Virus record (IMG/VR): IMGVR_UViG_3300044568_004391
Coordinates: 32,001-96,000 of that record
Source: a virus
Strand: one strand, 5' to 3'
Length of the DNA: 64,000 bases
Position numbers and translations under genes: made by a program
In this document: positions 1 through 9,687 of the stretch, in pieces
How positions within the stretch are numbered: position 1 is the stretch's first letter
How the letters are laid out: every line of letters begins with the position of its first letter
The notes under the pieces: model-generated
Databases searched by the model: none
What the model was told of the DNA's origin: nothing
The model's input: the letters and a program-made list of their open reading frames with translations, nothing else

Positions 1-2
1 CG

Positions 3-890
3 GTTTCTTCGGGTAACTTAATTGCTGGTGATTTAGCGATTGTAAAAATTTATGATCAAGCTCTTAGTGACTCAGATATATTAGACAGTTATAATAGCAC
101 ATACACAAGATTTGTAGATCTAACACCTACTCCTACTCCTACTGTAACACCTACTATAACACCGACCATAACTCCAACCCCAACACCTTCACCTTCACCT
201 GCTGGAGGTATTGTAACAAGTAACTTATTTATGAAGTTAGATGCTACTAACTATACAAGTGGAACGTGGAATGATGAGACAGCCAACGGAAATAACGCAA
301 CAATTAATGGTGCGACTTGGTTATCAGATGATGGTGGTATATTTGATTTGGATGGTCTAAATGATAACATAAGTATTCCACACAACTCATCCCTGTCACT
401 ATCCACAACACAACAGAGGACAATTCAGGTGTGGGTCAAATTTGATACATTACCTGCACTTAACACACAAGGACAACCTGTTTTTGGTAAATTATCAAGT
501 TCATTTGGTTTTGATGGGTATTGGGGTGGATTATTTTCTAACACAGGAACAATTAGAGTTGTGACTAATGGTACTGCGATTCAGAGAGTTACAACATCAA
601 CCCTTACAATTACAACAGGAACTTGGTATCTTTATACTTTTATATCTCAGATAACTTCAACTTCAAATACAACTAAAGTATATATCAATACTACAGAATA
701 TGGATCTACGGCACATGGATCAGATACATATACAGAAACAAACCCCTTATATCTTGGATATATAGGTGATGGTGTTTCATCACCATATTTAAATGGTAAA
801 ATCGGGGCTTGTTATTTTTATACTTCAGGATTATCTTTATCTGATATTACAACAAATTATAACGCAACTAAATCAAAGTATGGTTTATAA
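3..890 (+). CDS. LamG/concanavalin A-like domain virion protein with Pro/Thr linker (5'-partial)
   Basis: Frame is open from window start: end of one LamG module (IVKIYDQALSDSDI), a TPTPT linker, then a second LamG module (TIQVWVKF...YLNGKIGACYFY...ITTNYNA). The track start at 231 is internal. Confidence 0.75.
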   Translation, partial: VSSGNLIAGDLAIVKIYDQALSDSDILDSYNSTYTRFVDLTPTPTPTVTPTITPTITPTPTPSPSPAGGIVTSNLFMKLDATNYTSGTWNDETANGNNATINGATWLSDDGGIFDLDGLNDNISIPHNSSLSLSTTQQRTIQVWVKFDTLPALNTQGQPVFGKLSSSFGFDGYWGGLFSNTGTIRVVTNGTAIQRVTTSTLTITTGTWYLYTFISQITSTSNTTKVYINTTEYGSTAHGSDTYTETNPLYLGYIGDGVSSPYLNGKIGACYFYTSGLSLSDITTNYNATKSKYGL

Positions 891-933
891 TTGAATTAAC
901 CAACTTTGAATATATTTATTAATAAAAATCATA

Positions 934-2130
934 ATGAAAAATACAGAATTTGATAACCTCGTTGAAAGACTTCTCAATGAAGCTTTGGACGAAAAAATTG
1001 ATGAGATAAAGTCCAAATTGGAAGTTACGGAGAAAAAAGATGAAAAGTGGATTCAACGTATTGATATGAAGAGAGGATTCTTGAAGAAATACTGTGGTGG
1101 TGAAGTGACTTGTGACTGTGTTGAAAAGGCATTAAAAGAAGGTGGTAAACCAGCAAAACGAGCTAATCTTTACTTGAATATGAACTCTGATAAATGCAAG
1201 AGTTTGCAAAAAGAAAACGAAGCGGATAGATTGTTAACTAAATTGGTTGAAGTAATCAAAGAAGAATTAGGTGAGGAAGAGATGACTGAAGGAAATGCAT
1301 TTTCTGAAGCAAGATGTAAAGCAGGTTGTAAAGGAGGAAACGGAGCTAAGATAGAAGGATTTGATGGAAAAGTAGTTAAAGATTGGTCAGACGATGATAA
1401 AGAATCTTGTGGATGTAAAGATTTGAAGGAATCAAGAAAAAAGAAAATGAAGTTGACTGAAAATGAGTTGATTGATTTAATTGAAAGAATTGTTAAAGAA
1501 GAAAAGGCAAAAGGATTACAGGTTTACAACAAAGTTCACAATGAGGACGGAAAAGAAAATAAACAAGCACTTGATGCGGTTGCTAAAAAAATGAAGGACT
1601 ACACCAAAGATGGATCAAACGGTAAATTTGATATGGATCCCGTAATGTTCCCAAAAGGTAATTTGGAATTGAAAAAAGAGAAAGTTAAGAAGTATACACC
1701 ATCAGAGGCAGTTGAAGAGTATATTGAAGCGTTTGCGTATCCAGGACAAACAAACTTGAGATTTGATGAGATCAAACCTGATGATGAGTTAATTAAAAAA
1801 TATTTGGAGGGTGACTCAACAACAGGAAACGCACAGGTTGACAAAGATGGAAAACCACTTGGTAATGTTACACCTGATGAGGTAGGAAAGAGATTTAAGA
1901 AGAACTATGATGAAAATCTTTATGGTATTGAGCAAGCTGAAGGATCATACAAGAGAGTAACACAACCAGTGGATCTTGCAGGTGATAACACAAAAGATGG
2001 TAAATTACAAAAGAAATCAGACAAAGTTTTGACAAAATTAGAATCGGTTGAAGATAAGAAGGAGAAAAAATTGAACGAGGAACTTGAAAAGATTAAATCA
2101 ATCACAGGTTATAATCAGAAAACACAATAA
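934..2130 (+). CDS. Lys/Glu-rich modular protein, putative head-internal protein with several [ILV]xE sites
   Basis: 398 aa; leader LVERLLNEA, internal MKLTENELIDLIERIVKEE, C-terminal LNEELEKIK; TATTTAT at 913. Confidence 0.5.
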   Translation: MKNTEFDNLVERLLNEALDEKIDEIKSKLEVTEKKDEKWIQRIDMKRGFLKKYCGGEVTCDCVEKALKEGGKPAKRANLYLNMNSDKCKSLQKENEADRLLTKLVEVIKEELGEEEMTEGNAFSEARCKAGCKGGNGAKIEGFDGKVVKDWSDDDKESCGCKDLKESRKKKMKLTENELIDLIERIVKEEKAKGLQVYNKVHNEDGKENKQALDAVAKKMKDYTKDGSNGKFDMDPVMFPKGNLELKKEKVKKYTPSEAVEEYIEAFAYPGQTNLRFDEIKPDDELIKKYLEGDSTTGNAQVDKDGKPLGNVTPDEVGKRFKKNYDENLYGIEQAEGSYKRVTQPVDLAGDNTKDGKLQKKSDKVLTKLESVEDKKEKKLNEELEKIKSITGYNQKTQ

Positions 2131-2150
2131 GTTCAAATATAAATCTAAAT

Positions 2151-2182
2151 AAATATTCCCGACTTGATCGGGAATATTTTTT
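2151..2182 (+). terminator. Intrinsic terminator hairpin
   Basis: AAATATTCCCGA-CTTGA-TCGGGAATATTT followed by T run. Confidence 0.75.
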
Positions 2183-2217
2183 ATGTATAATTTTTAATTG
2201 TTTATTAAAATTATATT

Positions 2218-2703
2218 ATGAGAGAAAAAGCAAGCATCGTGAACACATACGACGAGAGGGAACTTGAAATTTGGTACAAGGCAAATAATATAATTGACGA
2301 GTATTGTGAATTATTTGAAGATTTTATTATTGGACTCTATTTTATAATTGATAAGACGTATTTGGGTCCTGACTCAGAGGGTGGTGTTGAAACAAATATA
2401 GTCTTGAATGATCAGGATATCCGTAATCACTTCGATTGGTGTTGGAGAAAAAACATAGATAATTTCAGAAAAGAAAATATTTTCTTTGAAGAAGAAGGTG
2501 ATCACAAAACATACTTTAATCAGTTTTTCAATGAGACATACTATTACCAAAGTATGGTGGAAATCAAAGAAAGTATCCCTGTTTTTTTCTCTGAACTCTT
2601 TGAATATAAAACAGTAGATACTCAAATTAATTTACAAATGATTGTTGAGATCTACAAAAATCTATATAAGTCTTTACAAAAAACAAATAAACCTAATTTT
2701 TAA
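2218..2703 (+). CDS. Hypothetical protein
   Basis: 161 aa ORF, phage-like codon use. Confidence 0.7.
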   Translation: MREKASIVNTYDERELEIWYKANNIIDEYCELFEDFIIGLYFIIDKTYLGPDSEGGVETNIVLNDQDIRNHFDWCWRKNIDNFRKENIFFEEEGDHKTYFNQFFNETYYYQSMVEIKESIPVFFSELFEYKTVDTQINLQMIVEIYKNLYKSLQKTNKPNF

Positions 2704-2731
2704 GTAAAATAAACCAAAACATTTTTAAAAA

Positions 2732-2914
2732 ATGGAAACATTAGAACAAATCAAGACCTTGGTTGAGAGCTTGAACAACGACGCAACAAAATTCTTTACC
2801 AGCGGAAACAAAAGTGCAGGTACAAGAGCTCGTAAAACTTCACAGGAGATCAAGGCTCTTCTTCAAACTTTGAGAGGTGAAATCTTGGAGGAAAGAAAAA
2901 AGGACAATGAGTAA
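2732..2914 (+). CDS. Histone H1-like (Hc1-type) small nucleoid protein
   Basis: KFFTSGNKSAGTRARK...LR motif typical of Bacteroidota Hc1-like proteins. Confidence 0.7.
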   Translation: METLEQIKTLVESLNNDATKFFTSGNKSAGTRARKTSQEIKALLQTLRGEILEERKKDNE

Positions 2915-3089
2915 TATTCAGTTTTTTTTTGATATGATTTTTTATTTTAGTTTGTTGTCAATCTTCAAACTTATATTTGAATTCGTATCGGCTTTGTTTG
3001 ATAGTCCACCCAAAAGGTTGAGACTATCAAACAATTCTCTTATATTTTATGGAGTAACCTTAAGTTACATTTTATCTTATTTAATATGA
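2907..3089 (+). CDS. Small membrane protein
   Basis: Two hydrophobic segments; ATG at 2907 overlaps the upstream stop. Confidence 0.55.
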   Translation: MSNIQFFFDMIFYFSLLSIFKLIFEFVSALFDSPPKRLRLSNNSLIFYGVTLSYILSYLI

Positions 3090-3472
3090 ACTACTTTTTT
3101 TTAGAAAACATTACATATTTTAATAAACTCACAAAGTTGGGAAATTATCTTTGTTTTGAATTTAATTTCCCAACTTCTTGGGAGGTAGACGGAGAACTTG
3201 TCTCTGCATTTAAACACGAATTGAAGAAGGGGGAGAAATTCTACTCACTTTCCCTTTGGACTGAGTTTTCTGATACGCAAGTTTTTTCTATGGAAGAAAC
3301 CGTATCAAAAATTATTAGATACAACAGAGAGTTAGAGGAGAAGGAAAGACTATTCAAGGAAAAGGTCAAAGAACTTCGTAGTATATTTTTGGAAGGAGAC
3401 TTGGATAGTTTGAAGAAGATCAAATTTGAAACAGAGGAATCCATAATAGAATCCGATGAGACGACAAAATGA
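3086..3472 (+). CDS. Hypothetical protein (C-terminal coiled coil)
   Basis: 128 aa ORF, operon-like packing. Confidence 0.65.
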   Translation: MNYFFLENITYFNKLTKLGNYLCFEFNFPTSWEVDGELVSAFKHELKKGEKFYSLSLWTEFSDTQVFSMEETVSKIIRYNRELEEKERLFKEKVKELRSIFLEGDLDSLKKIKFETEESIIESDETTK

Positions 3473-3599
3473 TCTTGAAAGAGAAAGGAAGGATTTTATT
3501 GATTACATAAAGAAGATTGATAAGTCCGAAATTAAAAATACCACTATTGAACAAAATTTCACGTTATGGCAGAGGATAAAGAAGGTTATGGGATTTTGA
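3456..3599 (+). CDS. Small hypothetical protein (47 aa, not in ORF track)
   Basis: MRRQNDLERERKDFIDYIKK...WQRIKKVMGF; fills the gap between neighbours. Confidence 0.5.
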   Translation: MRRQNDLERERKDFIDYIKKIDKSEIKNTTIEQNFTLWQRIKKVMGF

Positions 3600-3793
3600 T
3601 TCAGAATTTGGCTGAGGCTTCCGAAAAAATAGTGGAATCCTTTGATAGTGTCGGAAAGATTGAAATCATAGTAAAACTACCGGCAGAAGAGTTGGATAAA
3701 ATCAAAAAATACTTTGGTGAAATTTACCGGATCAATGATAAATATGAATTTGATTTCGGTGATACTAGTTATATTTTTGTCTTGGATAATTGA
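3566..3793 (+). CDS. Hypothetical protein
   Basis: 75 aa ORF. Confidence 0.55.
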   Translation: MAEDKEGYGILIQNLAEASEKIVESFDSVGKIEIIVKLPAEELDKIKKYFGEIYRINDKYEFDFGDTSYIFVLDN

Positions 3794-4397
3794 TTACTTG
3801 TCTATAAAGTAATCCTCTGTCATACCCTTTTTCTTCTAACATATCATAAAGTTCTTTTCTCTGAACTTTGGAGTAGTCAGGAACACATATTGAGTGTTTC
3901 TTTGAACTCATTAAATCATCTTGGAGAATGGAGATTAACCTGTCGGCGTCTTCCATAGTTTTAAGTAAAAACAACTCCATATGATCTTCTGCTTGAAACA
4001 ATACTTTGTTATTCAAGGCAACGAAGCTCAACACGCCGGGAAATCTCTTCACATACTTCAATAGAAGGTCATAGGTGAAGTTTACACCTCTGTCATAACT
4101 CCTGATCACTTCTTCTTCGAAGTACTCTCTTTTCTCACATATAGAGAATTCAGAGTTGTCAAGATCTACTTCAACATTCCTTCCGTACTCATCAACATCA
4201 AATAATTTCTTTTGATTTTTTGGACACAACAAAACCAGTTCGTATTTATATTTTTTTCCGTTCTCAAATTGTTTTGGAAATTTAATGTTGTTATTGTCAA
4301 TTAATTTTTTAAATTTAGTTGACGCACCTTGATAACTCTTGTAGGTACGGATTACTTTTTTTAATTTTTTATTTCTAAATAAGACTATCTTATACAT
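3765..4397 (-). CDS. Hypothetical protein
   Basis: Long ORF; likely start MYKIVLF at 4397, head-to-head with dnaJ. Confidence 0.65.
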   Translation of the reverse strand: MYKIVLFRNKKLKKVIRTYKSYQGASTKFKKLIDNNNIKFPKQFENGKKYKYELVLLCPKNQKKLFDVDEYGRNVEVDLDNSEFSICEKREYFEEEVIRSYDRGVNFTYDLLLKYVKRFPGVLSFVALNNKVLFQAEDHMELFLLKTMEDADRLISILQDDLMSSKKHSICVPDYSKVQRKELYDMLEEKGYDRGLLYRQVINYPRQKYN

Positions 4398-4400
4398 CCT

Positions 4401-5339
4401 ATGGAAGATTTTTATCAAATACTCGGTGTTGAAGAAAACGCGGATAGTACAACCATCAAACGTAAATACCGAGAGTTATCTAAAATATACCATCCCGACA
4501 AAAATCCTCAAGGGGAAGATATGTTTAAAAAAATATCAAACGCTTATGAGGTATTGTCTGACGAAAATAAAAGAAGAGATTATGACTTTAAAAGAAAGAA
4601 TCCATTTGCTGGACAAGGGGGGCCGGGTGGATTTGATCCGTTCATGGAATTCTTCCGAAATCAATCAAGACCTCAAGCACCACCTCGTCCACAACAGCAG
4701 ATGAATATAAGTGTTGGGGTTATTGATGCTTATCTCGGAAATGAAATTGATATGAATTATGCAAGGAATGTGATGTGTGGGTCTTGTAATGGAAGTGGGG
4801 GTGAGAAAAGACCTTGTCAAAACTGCGGATCTTCAGGTTTTATTGTAAGGGAAATTGGAAGTTCTTTCTTCAGACAACGAGTTCAACAACCTTGTCCTGT
4901 ATGTCAAGGGATGGGAAGTCAACTGGTGAATGCATGTTTCGATTGTGGAGGATCGGCAGTTAAGAGAGATATGACAAACTTCAGGATCAAATTACCAAAT
5001 CAAGTTAGTGAAGGACAAAAGATTCGGATGGCAGATGCTGGTGATTATAATCCACAATTCAATATGTATAATGAATTGATAGGTACTATTTCACTTGTTC
5101 CTCAGAATAATTTCAAATTAGAAGGAAAAAACTTTGTCTTTACAAAAGAAATTAACATTAACGATGTCAAAAACGATCCCCACATTATCATCCCACATCC
5201 CGATGGTGAGATGAAGATCAGAATACCAAACAATGGGTCAACAAAAACCCCCTTACGAATAAGGGGGAAGGGGTATGATCCGAACTCAAGTGATTTATTT
5301 GTAAAGTTAGAATTTTTTCTAAATGAATTAATCACTTAA
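4401..5339 (+). CDS. dnaJ: DnaJ chaperone (class A)
   Basis: J-domain with HPD, G/F region, four CxxCxGxG-like zinc-finger repeats, C-terminal LRIRGKG. Confidence 0.93.
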   Translation: MEDFYQILGVEENADSTTIKRKYRELSKIYHPDKNPQGEDMFKKISNAYEVLSDENKRRDYDFKRKNPFAGQGGPGGFDPFMEFFRNQSRPQAPPRPQQQMNISVGVIDAYLGNEIDMNYARNVMCGSCNGSGGEKRPCQNCGSSGFIVREIGSSFFRQRVQQPCPVCQGMGSQLVNACFDCGGSAVKRDMTNFRIKLPNQVSEGQKIRMADAGDYNPQFNMYNELIGTISLVPQNNFKLEGKNFVFTKEININDVKNDPHIIIPHPDGEMKIRIPNNGSTKTPLRIRGKGYDPNSSDLFVKLEFFLNELIT

Positions 5340-5361
5340 CATCGTATTTATAAATAAAACT

Positions 5362-5811
5362 TTGCCAGGATTTATAGGTCAAATCAACATTGAGGGAGGA
5401 ACCATTACAGGTTCGAGTTACACATACGACGTAATTGTAAAATCCTGCTCTGAAACTGTATGGGTTCAAATTGGTAATTCTGTTCCCTATTCTTCTTTTC
5501 CCGTTTTTTTTGATGTATTTCAAACGTTGGGTGAGACTTATTGTTATGACTATAATGTAATTGAAGAGAATTTTTTAGCTCAATGTGAGGGAACGGTGAA
5601 TTTCCCAACGCCAACACCAACAATAACCCCAACTATTACCCCTACGGTTTCAGTAACTCCGACAATAACACCTACACATACTAAAACTCCAACAAAAACA
5701 CCCACAGTTACACCAACGAGAACTCAAAATTACGATTGTAATGTTCTTGGAACTGAAAACATGGACAACTTATCGGCGGAAAATGGAGATGAATTATGTA
5801 CGCTTCCATGA
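5362..5811 (+). CDS. Pro/Thr-repeat putative structural protein
   Basis: TPT repeats; C-terminal LGTEN..LSAENGDEL motif; TTG start after TATTTATA at 5345. Confidence 0.55.
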   Translation: MPGFIGQINIEGGTITGSSYTYDVIVKSCSETVWVQIGNSVPYSSFPVFFDVFQTLGETYCYDYNVIEENFLAQCEGTVNFPTPTPTITPTITPTVSVTPTITPTHTKTPTKTPTVTPTRTQNYDCNVLGTENMDNLSAENGDELCTLP

Positions 5812-5835
5812 TAAACGAAAAAAATATAAATAAAA

Positions 5836-8415
5836 ATGCCCACAATCCCAATTTCCTCACTACCCAACTTTGATGAAAACAAGATAGGTACTTGGTTAGT
5901 TATTAATAACTCAGGTGAAACTGAAACCTTTAAAATTCGTAGAGAAGAATTTTTTACATTAAAATCCTATCTCAACGTTCAGGAAATGATTTCTGATCAG
6001 AATATAAATCTGAACGATTACACCGAAACTTATGGTTATTATTTACCCAATGATGGTGGTCAATTGGTTTATCTTATTAAAAATACTGGTACACCCGACG
6101 GTGGATCTGTAATTGAATTGGATAACGGACTATTCGCACATGCTCAATTACCATCTATCCTATCACCAATAATGTGGGGTGGGAAAGTCTTGGATAGTTC
6201 TACTTCTGCAGCAACAACTAACGTTTCTGCTGCTACTAATATGTTTGAATTCATTGCAACAGAAAATACAGCCACTCAAAGTAATGGTAAAAATAGTAGA
6301 AAAGTTAGATTCCCTCAAGGTAATTACTACGTCAACGGAACGATGGTGTTGCCTTCAAAGTTGGGTTCTGGGATCTATGATATTGATTTGAATGGTTGTA
6401 AAATTGTTGGTCTTTCAGCGGCTACGGATTACGCAATATTTCAAAGATTGAAAACCAATATGGATATTGAAACTTACGGATCTATACAAAATTCTTCAGG
6501 GGTTGAATATTTGAATGATAGGGTATTGATTTACAACGGAAATATATATGGACCAAATAGAAATTCAGGAACAATAGGGATTCAGATTCAATGTACCTAT
6601 ACTTCTTCGATTTCAAACATTAACTTTAGTAATTTAGGAACCGGATTGAGTCTTCAGTTTTGTTTGAATACTCAAATATATTCGAATATGTATACATCCT
6701 GTAATTATGGATCATATCTTAGTACTGGAGTTGGTTTTTGGAGTGGTGCAACATCTTCTAATAGTCAATGTAATGTTTCAACAATTAAACAAGATAGACA
6801 TTACTGTACTTATCCTTCACAGGCACCAATATTTATTGGAGGTTCGAGTGGAGTTTCTGTGATTGATTCAATAATAGAGGGTGGGGAAAGCGTCTATGGT
6901 ATTCATTTTAGTGGTATGAACTCAACTGTTGTTAAAGATTTCACAGTTGAAAGATTGCACTTAGAAGTTTCTGACTCAGGATCGAACCAAGGAATTACAG
7001 GTGCTGGAATATTCATTGATTCTCAAGCGGGCGGGGAGGTCAATATACATGGATTGTTTAGTCAATACTCTTACAGTACATTCAACAACGAAAAAAATGA
7101 TTATACAGGTACAACCAACGCAACACCTGGTACTTATATTTTGAGTCAAAGTGATGGTGATTTTACAACCAATGGATCTGGAACGAATTTAACATTTAAA
7201 GTTGTTGTTGGAGGAGGTGGAACAATAACCTCTTGGTCTTTGAGTGGTGATCCATTATCAAGCTCGGGATATAGTGCGGGTGATATTATAACAGTTCCAG
7301 CGGGTACATTCGGAGTGACATCAACTCAAGCTATATTCAAGGTAGATAGGAAAGATATTGATGAAAATGGTAGTATAAAGGCGGGTAATCCTGTTGTTGA
7401 TGCCTCAACATCGAACAGTTCTATGAGACTGAAGTTTCATAGTCTATATTGGCCAACCGGTACAAAAATAAAAGGACCCGTTAGTGATGGTATAGTTTTT
7501 TGGAATTTTGCAGGTTATATACCTGAACAAGTCGCCCAACAGGGTACAGGTTTGAGTAATACGGATTTGCAAGTGACTGATGAATATTGGGTTGCTTGGA
7601 AAAATGACAGTGGTGAGTATGCAGAAGAACAGTATTATAGAATATATTCTGACTCGGTAAATCAGGGTAAACTTGGATTGTCGACTGTTTCTTCATTATC
7701 AAGTTTCAATAGTGTAAATATCTTTCCTGATTTTAATAATCAAAATAAAAAAGCACTTTTTGGACCTAATTTCTTTGATTTCGGAGGAGTTGAATTTCGG
7801 TTTACAAACTCTAATTTGTTTACTGCATTTACAAATTCAGTGTCATTCAGGACAAATGGAGGTAATTTTGATATAACACCCACAGGTGGAGGAGATGTCA
7901 GACTTTTTGACAACGCATATAGATTACCAAAATTATCAGGTAAAACAAATACCACAATCATCAATGATGGATTAGGAACCACCTCATTCGGTTATTTAAG
8001 TGGTCAAATAATCAAAGAAACAATTCTCACGGCAACTACATCTCAATTACAAGAATTGACTGGATCTTTTGCCTTAGTGTCTAACGCTTCAATTACATTT
8101 ACCGCGACTAATACAACACATAAACTTTCGGTTCAAGCTCAAACCCTTAGTACTTCATCTAACAATGTATTTTTTGGTTTGAGTAATAATACGTCAAGTT
8201 ACACTACCTTAGGGGTAAAATATGAAAAATTGGTAAACGTTGCAACAGGACTTCAAAATAATAATGTTAAATGGGTGATTACTGATCTCGTAGTTGGGCA
8301 AAGTTATACGATTAACTTAGCTGGTAAGTTCACAGGTGGTGGTCAATCATATATTGTTTGGGGTGGTAATTCTTCGGGTGGTTATACTGATATAATTATA
8401 ACAATTGAACATTAA
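5836..8415 (+). CDS. Putative tail fibre/spike with pectate-lyase-like beta-helix
   Basis: 859 aa, Ser/Thr/Gly/Asn-rich; VRFPQGNYYV motif typical of beta-helix depolymerase N-termini; N-terminal PISSLP. Confidence 0.6.
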   Translation: MPTIPISSLPNFDENKIGTWLVINNSGETETFKIRREEFFTLKSYLNVQEMISDQNINLNDYTETYGYYLPNDGGQLVYLIKNTGTPDGGSVIELDNGLFAHAQLPSILSPIMWGGKVLDSSTSAATTNVSAATNMFEFIATENTATQSNGKNSRKVRFPQGNYYVNGTMVLPSKLGSGIYDIDLNGCKIVGLSAATDYAIFQRLKTNMDIETYGSIQNSSGVEYLNDRVLIYNGNIYGPNRNSGTIGIQIQCTYTSSISNINFSNLGTGLSLQFCLNTQIYSNMYTSCNYGSYLSTGVGFWSGATSSNSQCNVSTIKQDRHYCTYPSQAPIFIGGSSGVSVIDSIIEGGESVYGIHFSGMNSTVVKDFTVERLHLEVSDSGSNQGITGAGIFIDSQAGGEVNIHGLFSQYSYSTFNNEKNDYTGTTNATPGTYILSQSDGDFTTNGSGTNLTFKVVVGGGGTITSWSLSGDPLSSSGYSAGDIITVPAGTFGVTSTQAIFKVDRKDIDENGSIKAGNPVVDASTSNSSMRLKFHSLYWPTGTKIKGPVSDGIVFWNFAGYIPEQVAQQGTGLSNTDLQVTDEYWVAWKNDSGEYAEEQYYRIYSDSVNQGKLGLSTVSSLSSFNSVNIFPDFNNQNKKALFGPNFFDFGGVEFRFTNSNLFTAFTNSVSFRTNGGNFDITPTGGGDVRLFDNAYRLPKLSGKTNTTIINDGLGTTSFGYLSGQIIKETILTATTSQLQELTGSFALVSNASITFTATNTTHKLSVQAQTLSTSSNNVFFGLSNNTSSYTTLGVKYEKLVNVATGLQNNNVKWVITDLVVGQSYTINLAGKFTGGGQSYIVWGGNSSGGYTDIIITIEH

Positions 8416-8585
8416 TTAACCAACCATTGAATCATATCAACAGTTTCTTTTACACCGCAATAAAAGAGATAAAATGTAAAAGCGAATAAAAAGATTTGTT
8501 GAGGTTTTGAAAAAAATTCAGTAAGTGTCTGTTTTTGTTTATTCTTACACTTTTCACAAGGTTTTTTTTGATTTGAATTTGTCAT
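8412..8585 (-). CDS. Small CxxC membrane protein
   Basis: KPCEKCK followed by a hydrophobic helix. Confidence 0.5.
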   Translation of the reverse strand: MTNSNQKKPCEKCKNKQKQTLTEFFSKPQQIFLFAFTFYLFYCGVKETVDMIQWLVN

Positions 8586-8598
8586 AGTATTTATCATT

Positions 8599-8769
8599 AT
8601 GAAAGATATTATTAAAAGGGTTCTTCATACTTGGAAAGAAGAAACCACCGAAGAGAAATATAAAAAACCAAGGAAGTATAGTAAATCCTATTGTAAATCT
8701 ACACCTTGTTCGGAGATGGGGTTTTCACAAAAGGCATCTTGTAGACCATACAAAAATTGTTATAATTAA
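8599..8769 (+). CDS. Small Cys-rich protein with leader (56 aa, not in ORF track)
   Basis: MKDIIKRVLHTWKEE...YCKSTPCSEMGFSQKASCRPYKNCYN; TATTTAT 4 nt upstream. Confidence 0.6.
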   Translation: MKDIIKRVLHTWKEETTEEKYKKPRKYSKSYCKSTPCSEMGFSQKASCRPYKNCYN

Positions 8770-8819
8770 TTTGCCTTTTTGGATTTTATTTCTTATACTT
8801 AAATCAAAATATTATCATC

Positions 8820-9662
8820 GTGTTATCCTATATTGGCGGTAAGAGCAAAATCGCACCCAAACTTATTATACCCAACATCCCAACGGATATTGAAACTTTT
8901 ATTGAGATCTTTGGTGGAATGTTTTGGACATTCTTCAATATGGATCTCAAAAAATATCCAAACCTTAATAGGGTTGTATATAACGACTTCAATCCTTTGA
9001 ATTATAACTTATTCAAGTGTGTTCAAAATCCATCTGAATTACTCAAAGCTATTAATTCGATTGATTGTCAAAAGGTTGGAGTTGAAGATACTCCCGAAAT
9101 CTTTAAAGAACAATTTGTTCAATTTCAATCTGAACTATTTAATAAGGAGTTGGTTATTTCGGATTGTGATTATGAACTTGCCGCGAAATATGTTTATATC
9201 TTAACACAAGTTTTCAGTGGATCAAAGCCTGAAACATCGAACTTTATTGACCTCAAAGGAAAATACAAATCCAAGTATTTGACCTTCCGTGATAAGTTGT
9301 CCAAACCTGATTGGATTGATCATTTCTTGAAGATCACAGATGTGGAGAACTTAGATTTTGAGTTGGCGGTAAAGAAATATGATTCGAAGTCAACCTACCT
9401 TTACTTGGACCCCCCCTATTGGAAAACAGAGAACTATTATTCCAATCACGATTTTGATAGGAATGACCATGAGAGACTAGCAAATATTTTGAAGGGTGTT
9501 GAAGGTAAGTTCTCTCTGTCTTATTATGACTTCCCACTTTTGTCGGAATGGTTTCCGAAGGATGAATACCGTTGGGAGTCACAGGAATTTGCGAAAGCTG
9601 CGGCAGCTAAGAAGGGTAAAAAGCAAAATAACGCTGTTGAGTTATTGATTATGAATTATTGA
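8820..9662 (+). CDS. DNA adenine methyltransferase (Dam/D12-class)
   Basis: YIGGKS, E-x-FGG, YNDF and DPPY motifs. Confidence 0.88.
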   Translation: MLSYIGGKSKIAPKLIIPNIPTDIETFIEIFGGMFWTFFNMDLKKYPNLNRVVYNDFNPLNYNLFKCVQNPSELLKAINSIDCQKVGVEDTPEIFKEQFVQFQSELFNKELVISDCDYELAAKYVYILTQVFSGSKPETSNFIDLKGKYKSKYLTFRDKLSKPDWIDHFLKITDVENLDFELAVKKYDSKSTYLYLDPPYWKTENYYSNHDFDRNDHERLANILKGVEGKFSLSYYDFPLLSEWFPKDEYRWESQEFAKAAAAKKGKKQNNAVELLIMNY

Positions 9663-9687
9663 TATATTTATAATAAAAAATATCGAT

